DNA of 31,471 nt from Kiritimatiellia bacterium (lineage in GTDB: Bacteria > Verrucomicrobiota > Kiritimatiellia > RFP12 > UBA1067), in contig JAGBFY010000305.1 of NCBI GenBank assembly GCA_017936245.1, forward strand, positions 1 through 31,471. Reading direction: 5' to 3'. Shown here one piece after another: positions 6,485 to 14,151 of the stretch. Position 1 is the stretch's first letter; every line of letters begins with the position of its first letter. Both the position numbers and the translations under genes were made by a program. Under the pieces are notes generated by a model that had not been told where the DNA came from, ran no database searches, and saw only the letters and a program-made list of their open reading frames with translations.

Positions 6485-8881
6485 GTGGCAATCAGAAAGA
6501 ACGATTTGGACAACTCACTGTACAGCCTTTGCGACGAGCTTCGCGGCGGCATGGACCCCAGCCAGTACAAAGACTACGTGCTGACGCTTGTGTTTGTGAA
6601 ATATATCTCCGACCGCTACGCGGGGGTTAAATACGCACCAGTCACGATTCCCGAGGGGTGCTCCTTTGAGGACTTCAAACAACTCAGAAACAAGCCCGAC
6701 ATCGGCGAGAAAATCGACATTGCTCTCGCCAACCTCGCGGAGAACAACCAGATGCTCGCGGGCATGTTCAAGGATGTCCACTTCAACGACGAGACAAAGA
6801 TCGGCAAGGGCGACGAAATGGTCGACAAGCTTACAAGGCTCATCAACATCTTCTGCCGCAGCGAGTTCGACTTCAGCCGGAACAAGGCCTCTGGCGACGA
6901 CATCCTTGGCGACGTCTATGAAAATCTTATGCGCCATTTCGCCGTCGATAGCGGCAAATCCAAGGGGCAGTTCTACACGCCTGCAGAAGCATCGCGAGTC
7001 ATAGCCGGCATTCTGGGGATAAGCGAGATAACGGAGCGCGAGGAAGGATGGTCGATCTACGATGCAGCCTGCGGTTCAGGATCGCTCCTCATCCGCTCGG
7101 CAAACGAGGCGCCATGCCAGGTCGCCATATATGGACAGGAAGAGAACCAGACAACTGCCGGCCTTGCCAAGATGAATATGGTGCTCCACAATCTCCCTAC
7201 TGCGGAGATAAAGGTAGGCAACACGTTCTCCAGTCCGCAGTTTACGCACATTGAGGATGGCGAAGAGGTTCTCGACAAGTTCGACTTCGCCGTTCTCAAT
7301 CCTCCGTTCTCGCTCAAAAACTGGAAGTCCGGATACAAGGACTTCGGGCGGACCGAAGGGTATGGGGCGATGCCGCCAGAGAAGAACGGCGACTATGCAT
7401 GGGTAATGCACGTCCTGAAGTCGCTGAAACGAGAGGGCCGTGCGGCAATCATTCTTCCGCTTGGTGTCCTTTCGCGCGGCAACGCCGAGGAGACGATTCG
7501 CAAGACGCTCATCGACAAGGGTATAGTGGAGGGCGTCATCGCATTCCCGCCCAACATCTTTTTCGGAACCGGCATCGCCGCCTGCGTTATGGTGTTGGCA
7601 AAATCAGGAGCCGAGGAGCGCGAGGGCGTTTTTATGATCGACGCCGCGCGCGACTTCATAAAGGATGGCAACAAGAATCGTTTGCGCGAGCGCGATGTCG
7701 CGAAAATCGTCGCGACCTACCGCAGCCGCCGCGAGGAGACGCATTACTCGCGATTCGTGAAGTGGAACGAAATCAAGGAGAAGAACGGCTACAATCTCAG
7801 CATGTCCCGTTACATTGATTCAGGTGTGCGCGAGGATGTGCAGGATGTCGAAGCTCACCTCAAAGGTGGCATCCCGTCTGCGGACATCGAAGCGTTGTCC
7901 ATTTACTGGGATTCGCTCCCAAACATGCGGCAGGCTCTTTTCAAGCCACTTCGCAAGGGTTACGAAGTGCTCGTCGTGGAACCGCCGCAGGTTCGTGAGA
8001 CCATTCATGCGGAAGCCGCTTTCGCGATGTACTCCGATAGGGTCGACAAGGCGTTTAAGGCCTGGGCGCGCGAGGAAACGCCAGTGTTCTCCGACATCGA
8101 CGCCTATACGGACGCCAAGCACTTCATCGCCGAGCCGGCGCATGTGCTGATGGAGCGCTTCTCCAGCCTCAAGCTCTTTGATCCGTATGATGTCTATGAA
8201 GTGCTGCTAAAGTACTGGACTGACACGATGAACGACGATTTGCACCTTGTCGTTGCGAACGGATGGGAAGCCGGGCGCGAAATCGAGACGTTCTACAAAG
8301 AGACCGAGAACAAGAAGACGAAGCAAATCAAGAAGGTCGAGACTGGCTGGGATGGCCTTCTCATCCCCAGAAAACTCGTTGACGCGAGGTTTTTCAAGGC
8401 AGAGTCAGAGGCTGTTGCAAAGGCCGAGGCCGCGCTCGAAGCGGCAAAGGCAGAACTGGAAGACCTAGCCGCAAGCGGAGAGGCGCAGGACGAAGATTCA
8501 CAGGGAAGTGAAGAAGAAGTTCTGCGCTTCGCAGCTTGCGGCGAAGATCCGGTGCGTCTCCGCGCTTGCGCGGAGGAAAAGCGTAAAGCAGCATCCAAGG
8601 CTCTCAAGGCCGCACAGAAGAAGCTTGAGACCCTGGAAAAGGCGAAATATCCAACGCTCTCAATCGACGAAATCAAGGAACTCGTCGTTGCCGACAAATG
8701 GATTGCTACAGTCCATAGCGGAATAGACGAACTGTTTCGTTCGATTTCAGTTGCGCTCACGGAGCGCGTCTCGACCCTCGCCGAGCGTTACGGCAGCTCG
8801 CTGCCGGAGATCGAGGCGGCTACATCTGCTGCGGAAAAGAGCGTTTCCAGCATTCTTGCAAGAATCGGCTATACGGCATAA
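6485..8881 (+). CDS. hsdM: Type I R-M methyltransferase subunit M
   Basis: CDELRGGMD.SQYKDY, GQFYTP, YDAACGSGSLL, NPPF (7298-7309), Y.W..H. GTG start at 6485 preferred over the ORF-track start at 6428. Confidence 0.96.
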   Translation: MAIRKNDLDNSLYSLCDELRGGMDPSQYKDYVLTLVFVKYISDRYAGVKYAPVTIPEGCSFEDFKQLRNKPDIGEKIDIALANLAENNQMLAGMFKDVHFNDETKIGKGDEMVDKLTRLINIFCRSEFDFSRNKASGDDILGDVYENLMRHFAVDSGKSKGQFYTPAEASRVIAGILGISEITEREEGWSIYDAACGSGSLLIRSANEAPCQVAIYGQEENQTTAGLAKMNMVLHNLPTAEIKVGNTFSSPQFTHIEDGEEVLDKFDFAVLNPPFSLKNWKSGYKDFGRTEGYGAMPPEKNGDYAWVMHVLKSLKREGRAAIILPLGVLSRGNAEETIRKTLIDKGIVEGVIAFPPNIFFGTGIAACVMVLAKSGAEEREGVFMIDAARDFIKDGNKNRLRERDVAKIVATYRSRREETHYSRFVKWNEIKEKNGYNLSMSRYIDSGVREDVQDVEAHLKGGIPSADIEALSIYWDSLPNMRQALFKPLRKGYEVLVVEPPQVRETIHAEAAFAMYSDRVDKAFKAWAREETPVFSDIDAYTDAKHFIAEPAHVLMERFSSLKLFDPYDVYEVLLKYWTDTMNDDLHLVVANGWEAGREIETFYKETENKKTKQIKKVETGWDGLLIPRKLVDARFFKAESEAVAKAEAALEAAKAELEDLAASGEAQDEDSQGSEEEVLRFAACGEDPVRLRACAEEKRKAASKALKAAQKKLETLEKAKYPTLSIDEIKELVVADKWIATVHSGIDELFRSISVALTERVSTLAERYGSSLPEIEAATSAAEKSVSSILARIGYTA
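8464..8576. repeat. Three REP-like hairpin units (family A) in frame inside hsdM
   Basis: CCTAGCCGCAAGCGGAGAGGCGCAGGAC 8464-8491 (+); GTTCTGCGCTTCGCAGCTTGCGGCGAAG 8519-8546 (-); CTCCGCGC-TT-GCGCGGAG 8558-8575. Confidence 0.8.
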
Positions 8882-8894
8882 GGAGGCAATCGTG

Positions 8895-10430
8895 ATGACG
8901 AAAGAAGAGCTGGAGAATCTTCTGCGTGATGTCGAGTCATCTCGCGTGGAGCGTACGATATCGACGGCAGATACCGACAAGTTCTGTGAGGCCGTTTGTG
9001 CATTCGCGAATGACATGCCTGACAGTCGGCAGAACGGATATCTTCTTGTCGGAGTACATGATGATGGAAGCTTGAGCGGTTTAGTGGCAACCGACGCCAT
9101 GGTGAAGAATCTGGCTGCGATTCGTTCTGACGGGAATGTTCTGCCCATTCCGACAATGAATGTAGAGATATTTCATTTTGATTTGGGCGATGTCATCGTC
9201 GTTGAAGTTGTCCCCGCCATATTGCCGCCTGTCAGGTATCGTGGGCGCACGTGGATCAGAGTTGGCGCAAGAAAAGCGATAGCGACGCAAGAAGAGGAGG
9301 ATTTACTCATCGAGCGCAGACGTGCCAGATTCCCTACGTTCGACTCCATGCCATGCCAGCATGCAAAGCTTGAAGACCTAGATCTCGACCTGTTCCGATA
9401 CGGGTTTCTGCCAAAAGCGTTCGACGAGGGAGTGCTTGCCTCGGAAACGCGATCCATCGAGCGTCAACTTGAAGCGCTGTGCTTTTATTCAACGGATTAC
9501 AACTGCCCTACCAATGCGGGGGTGATTCTTTTCGGCAAGAACCTTCTGCGTTTTCTGCCTGGCGATTACATCCAGTTCGTCAGATTTGCAGGGATGACAA
9601 GGGCTACCGACATCGTGAACCAGCAGATGTTCAAAGGATGCCTTATGACCGTTTTGCCGGAGGTTGACACATTCATCAAGACGGCCATCGCAACCAATCG
9701 TCCCGTGCCGGTGACCGTTCTCCGCGAGAAAACCGTCTATGATTATCCGAAATGGTCGATCCGTGAACTGATGATGAACGCCATCATGCACCGCGACTAC
9801 CGCAGTACCGGTCCTACTATGTTCTATCAGTTCGCCGACCGGTTGGAGATCCTCAACTCGGGAGGGCTGTATGGACGTGTCAATCGTGACAACTTCCCCG
9901 ACGAAAACGATTATCGGAACCCGATAATCGCCGATGCAATGCGGACGCTTGGATACGTGAACCGCTTTGGTCGTGGTATAGGACGCGTGAGGGCAGAGCT
10001 TGTTGAAAACGGAAACGGAGAGCCTTTGTTTGATACTACGCAAATTGGTTCGTTCCGTGTCACCGTTTCATGGACTAAGTTTGCATCAGAGGTCAAAAGT
10101 TCGCAGAGAGGCACTGAAAGTTCGCAAAAAACGGCGGAAAGTGCGCAGACAGCCGACGAAAGTTCGCAGACCGTTGCCGAAAGTACGCAGAAAATTGAAC
10201 GGTGGATAGCGAACGCTTTGCCAACAGGGATTCGTTCTGACGCAAGAGCCAATATGGTTGAGGTAATGAAGCTTATTCACGCCAATTCAACAGAGACGGC
10301 TGAGTCTATGGCGGCAAAGATTGGCATCTCAATGCGCGGCGTCCAGAAAATTCTTGCGGCCCTTCAGAAACTAGGCTTGATTGAACGCATAGGACCTGAT
10401 TTTGGCGGACATTGGGAGGTGGTCAAGTGA
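8895..10430 (+). CDS. AlbA_2/Schlafen + HATPase_c_4 + C-terminal winged HTH protein (RecG-C-like ATP-binding regulator)
   Basis: ES.RVERT...VCAFAN....GYLLVGVHDDG; RELMMNAIMHRDY; RNPIIADAM..LGYVNRFGRGI; LIERIGPDFGGHWEV. SD AAGGAGG at 8880-8886. Confidence 0.88.
   Translation: MTKEELENLLRDVESSRVERTISTADTDKFCEAVCAFANDMPDSRQNGYLLVGVHDDGSLSGLVATDAMVKNLAAIRSDGNVLPIPTMNVEIFHFDLGDVIVVEVVPAILPPVRYRGRTWIRVGARKAIATQEEEDLLIERRRARFPTFDSMPCQHAKLEDLDLDLFRYGFLPKAFDEGVLASETRSIERQLEALCFYSTDYNCPTNAGVILFGKNLLRFLPGDYIQFVRFAGMTRATDIVNQQMFKGCLMTVLPEVDTFIKTAIATNRPVPVTVLREKTVYDYPKWSIRELMMNAIMHRDYRSTGPTMFYQFADRLEILNSGGLYGRVNRDNFPDENDYRNPIIADAMRTLGYVNRFGRGIGRVRAELVENGNGEPLFDTTQIGSFRVTVSWTKFASEVKSSQRGTESSQKTAESAQTADESSQTVAESTQKIERWIANALPTGIRSDARANMVEVMKLIHANSTETAESMAAKIGISMRGVQKILAALQKLGLIERIGPDFGGHWEVVK
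10096..10190 (+). repeat. 21-bp imperfect tandem repeat (4.5 units) coding an (E/K)S(S/A/T)Q heptad linker
   Basis: Units start AAAGT(T/G/A)CGCA at 10096, 10117, 10138, 10159 and 10180. Confidence 0.85.
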
Positions 10431-11674
10431 AATCGGCAAAGTTCAAAGATTCGCCCCTCGGCCCCATCCCGCAGGATTGGGAGGTGAAGCGGCTGGGGGA
10501 GATAGGCGAACCACTCATGTGCAAACGAGTCTTGAAGCACCAGACATCAGAACAAGGGGATATTCCTTTCTACAAGATAGGAACTTTCGGCAAAACTCCA
10601 GATGCATATATTACAAGATCACTATTCGAGTCGCTAAGGTCGAAGTATCCATTTCCACGCAAGGGAGATTGTTTGATTTCGGCCGCAGGAACAATTGGCC
10701 GAGTTGTAGTGTACAATGGAGAAGATGCATATTTTCAAGACTCAAACATTGTTTGGATTGACAATGACGAAGCTGTCGTCACAAACGAGTACCTTGCATT
10801 GTGCTATACGCTTATGAAATGGCAATCGGAAGATGGCGGAATCATTAGCCGACTGTACAACGCCAATCTTAAAGCACAAATCATTGTTTGTCCTCCTCTC
10901 CCCGAACAGCAACGTATAGCGGAGGCACTCGGCGAGGTCGACAAACTAATCGAAAGCCTTGACGAGCAGATCGAGAAGAAGCGCCTCATTGCCAAAGGCG
11001 TAGCGCACGACCTCCTCTCCGGCAAAAAACGCCTGCCGGGATTCAAGGGGGCGTGGCGAGAAGTTGCATTTAAAGCCGCATTTATTTCGCTTGGAAATAA
11101 CACTTACGCAAGAGAGTGCCTATGTGGGTATTCGACAAATGCCTACGACATCCATTACGGTGATGTGCTGATTCGCTTTGGGGCGGTTGTGGATTTTTCA
11201 TCCGATTACATTCCACGTCTCAAGGACGGAATAAAGCCAAATAAAGACTTCCTGCAAAATGGCGATATCGTGTTTGCCGATACGGCAGAGGATGAAATGG
11301 TCGGTAAGGCCGTAGAGGTTCGCGGTCTCGGTGATGGTAAGGCGGTCTCAGGCCTTCATACGATGGCCTGTCGTCCACGCGCGGATATGTTCGCCCCAAG
11401 ATTCTTGGGGTATTATCTGAATTCAGATTCTTACCGCAAACAATTGCTACCGCTTATTACTGGTAGCAAAGTTTCTTCTCTGTCACGAGCAAACTTTGAA
11501 AGCAGCATATTGACAATGCCTGATGTAATCGAGCAGCAGGCAATAGCCGACCTTCTCAGCGAGCAGGATGCCGCCATCGCCGCGCTTGAGGAGAAGCGCG
11601 AGAAATACATGCGCATCAAGGAAGGCATGATGCGCGACTTGCTCACTGGCAAAGTGAGGATGAAAGGAGAATGA
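10427..11674 (+). CDS. hsdS: Type I R-M specificity subunit S (two TRDs)
   Basis: FKDSPLGPIP.DWEVK.LGE, PPLPEQQRIA, EQQAIA.LL, K.GMM.DLLTGK.R; GTGA overlap with upstream gene. Confidence 0.95.
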   Translation: MKSAKFKDSPLGPIPQDWEVKRLGEIGEPLMCKRVLKHQTSEQGDIPFYKIGTFGKTPDAYITRSLFESLRSKYPFPRKGDCLISAAGTIGRVVVYNGEDAYFQDSNIVWIDNDEAVVTNEYLALCYTLMKWQSEDGGIISRLYNANLKAQIIVCPPLPEQQRIAEALGEVDKLIESLDEQIEKKRLIAKGVAHDLLSGKKRLPGFKGAWREVAFKAAFISLGNNTYARECLCGYSTNAYDIHYGDVLIRFGAVVDFSSDYIPRLKDGIKPNKDFLQNGDIVFADTAEDEMVGKAVEVRGLGDGKAVSGLHTMACRPRADMFAPRFLGYYLNSDSYRKQLLPLITGSKVSSLSRANFESSILTMPDVIEQQAIADLLSEQDAAIAALEEKREKYMRIKEGMMRDLLTGKVRMKGE

Positions 11675-12726
11675 GGATGGAAATACTACCAGTAAAAGCA
11701 AAACTCAACGTTGACGTGAAGGCGGACCTTACACCGGCTGTACAAGCTACAGCTGATACGATTTCAACTTTACACAAGGGGGTCGGTAAACTTCTGAATG
11801 CGTTTGTTGGCCCATGGATTGCCAATCGAGAACGGGCTATAGCATTGCTTCAAGCACAGACGCAGCACGATTGCCAGCAGATTGCCGAAGGTGAACTTAT
11901 CTATCAGAAGGGAATGCTTTTGTCTGTTCCTGATCAGAGACCATTGCCAAATGTTTATGAAACGATTCACGGGCTTAACCATCAGGCTGATGCGAAACGG
12001 CTTGAAGCGGCGATTCGCGAAGCGGTACGACAGATTTCCGAAGTTCCATCCGACCAAATTTCTGATGATCCGATTTCCCAAACCTTTTTCAACCATTGGC
12101 GTCGAGAGGCGGAGATGATTGACGAAGATGAACTTCGCCAGTGGTGGGCGAGGATTCTTGTAGAGGAAGCCAAGAAGCCTCATAGTATATCGCCTCGGAC
12201 TCTTGATGTGGCCAGGAGGCTCTCAAAAGAGGAAGCATTGTTGTTTGTGAAGATGGTTAAAGGAGAGGTCGATGGTATTGTCCCTGTTGATTCACAAGGG
12301 CATCCTCAATATATAAGTTATGCGGAAGCTTTAATGTTGCAAAGTGCTGAATTAATATTCGCGCAACAGTCACGAACTACGTTTAGGTTAGCATATGATA
12401 TTGATGAGAAACATAAGGGTACATGTATCCCTCTACACAATGCAGGCTTGATGCTGTGCGCACACAAGAAGGATTTTTCGGCAGATTGTTATATTCTTAC
12501 AGATGCTGGTCGTAGACTTTTGTCAATTGCTCAGGAGCCAAGGAGAGTGGAAGACTATATTGCAATAGCCACTAGGCTATCTTCGCTTTCTGGGAATACG
12601 ATCATGTCTTTGCACCCAATCATGCAAAGGCAGGGAGCGCAACTTACCTGGTCGAATATCCCATTATGGACGAGCGAACGAGCGGATGAAGATAAGAAAG
12701 AAGATGACAAGGCGTCGAGGCCTTGA
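11671..12726 (+). CDS. DUF2806 domain protein
   Basis: F..W.REAE.I.EDELRQ.WARIL.EE.KKP.SIS.RTL.....LSKEEA..F; ATGA overlap with hsdS. Confidence 0.75.
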   Translation: MRMEILPVKAKLNVDVKADLTPAVQATADTISTLHKGVGKLLNAFVGPWIANRERAIALLQAQTQHDCQQIAEGELIYQKGMLLSVPDQRPLPNVYETIHGLNHQADAKRLEAAIREAVRQISEVPSDQISDDPISQTFFNHWRREAEMIDEDELRQWWARILVEEAKKPHSISPRTLDVARRLSKEEALLFVKMVKGEVDGIVPVDSQGHPQYISYAEALMLQSAELIFAQQSRTTFRLAYDIDEKHKGTCIPLHNAGLMLCAHKKDFSADCYILTDAGRRLLSIAQEPRRVEDYIAIATRLSSLSGNTIMSLHPIMQRQGAQLTWSNIPLWTSERADEDKKEDDKASRP

Positions 12727-12774
12727 ATAAGCAGCAAAGTGAAGTTACGTAATACAAGTAAGAAGGTATGATTT

Positions 12775-13524
12775 ATGTTACATAATATCCTACATGAGCT
12801 AGCACATGTGGTGACTGTCCTTGACGCGCATCAAGGAAGTTGTATGGTTTTGTTGACTTTTGCACTTGTTGCATGTGGCATTATCTCGTGCTACATAGCC
12901 GCGAGAAACATTAAGTTAATGCGTAAGCTTGAGGCGAACAGGTCAAGTCCGTATGTCGTTATAGAAACAACACATAGTATCCCGTTCTATGGTGTGCGCA
13001 TAGTCAATATGGGGTTGACGACGGCAAGAAATATCACAGTTGAGACAGATCCGAAGGTACATATCGTATTTCCGCGTTACCAGAAACCAATCGGATTTCT
13101 GGATAGTAAGCTTGCTGTACTGGTGCCGCAGAAAGAGTATGCGTGTGATATTGGGAGTTGGGATAACATTAAGAAAGAATGCCCGTCAATGATGTATCGT
13201 TGTATCGTACGATATGAATCGGAGTGGGGCGAGAAGTATGAATCTGAATATGTGTTGGACTATTCGATCTATGAGCATCTTATTCATCGCGAGGAACGAA
13301 CGCTTACAGATTTGACGAAGAAATTCGAAGAGTTCTGTCGAGAGTTTCGACACTTTGCAACTGGACATTATAAGCCGCATGTCTTGACAGAAGATTATGA
13401 TAAATACAATGAGAAGATGGAACAGATGATTAAAGGCTTCAAGGCAAAGAAAAATGATGCCTCTGTGGTCTCGCAATCGCCAGATCAAAGGGATGAAACG
13501 AAAGGAGCGGGTGATGATAAATGA
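12775..13524 (+). CDS. Hypothetical protein with N-terminal transmembrane helix and beta-rich soluble domain
   Basis: Hydrophobic MVLLTFALVACGIISCYIA, then NRSSPYVV...IVNMGLTTARNI; AT-richer than flanks. Confidence 0.7.
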   Translation: MLHNILHELAHVVTVLDAHQGSCMVLLTFALVACGIISCYIAARNIKLMRKLEANRSSPYVVIETTHSIPFYGVRIVNMGLTTARNITVETDPKVHIVFPRYQKPIGFLDSKLAVLVPQKEYACDIGSWDNIKKECPSMMYRCIVRYESEWGEKYESEYVLDYSIYEHLIHREERTLTDLTKKFEEFCREFRHFATGHYKPHVLTEDYDKYNEKMEQMIKGFKAKKNDASVVSQSPDQRDETKGAGDDK

Positions 13525-14143
13525 TAATGACATCAAACTAGTGTTGGGAAGAAACAGCTTTGGCCTTTTGTCGCAAGAAGACGACCCGTGGATTCGGTAT
13601 TCATTTGATATCCTTTTGGATGAGGAGGATGGCCCGGGGCAGATTGTCGGCAGTATGCAAGCATCTAAGCTAAGTTACGGGGAGATGTCTCGGCGCAAAT
13701 TAGCATTATGGATGGCGTTTGACGATTTTTCAATGGAGGCATCAGAGTGTTATGATGTATTATTTACCAAGAAAGGCAATCTTCGAAAGGCGTTTTGGCA
13801 CCAGTATTATGGACTGGAGGAATATTTCGCCAGGGATTTTCATTTCCTTGAACGGATCGAGGTGAATGAGAATTTCAAGGGCAACGGCATCTCGGGGATT
13901 GCTACTCGGATCTATCTTGAGAATTTTGCGAATTCTGACGATGTGGCTTATTTGAAAACGTTCCCCCTACAACATGAGAGTCGGTTCGGTGATAAACCTT
14001 ATAATCGCGAGTTTAGGGGTGACTTCAAGGCGAGTCAAGCGAAGCTTTGTAGATATTACGCACATCTTGGATTTCGCCGAATTGGCAAGACGGAGCATTT
14101 CTTCTTCGTTGTTGATCATTTTTTGTCGCACAGGAAGGATTGA
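13514..14143 (+). CDS. GNAT-family acetyltransferase-like protein
   Basis: FLERIEV...FKGNGI (motif A) and KL..YY..LGF (motif B); SD AAGGAG at 13502-13507. Confidence 0.7.
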   Translation: MINDNDIKLVLGRNSFGLLSQEDDPWIRYSFDILLDEEDGPGQIVGSMQASKLSYGEMSRRKLALWMAFDDFSMEASECYDVLFTKKGNLRKAFWHQYYGLEEYFARDFHFLERIEVNENFKGNGISGIATRIYLENFANSDDVAYLKTFPLQHESRFGDKPYNREFRGDFKASQAKLCRYYAHLGFRRIGKTEHFFFVVDHFLSHRKD

Positions 14144-14151
14144 TGTAAGCC

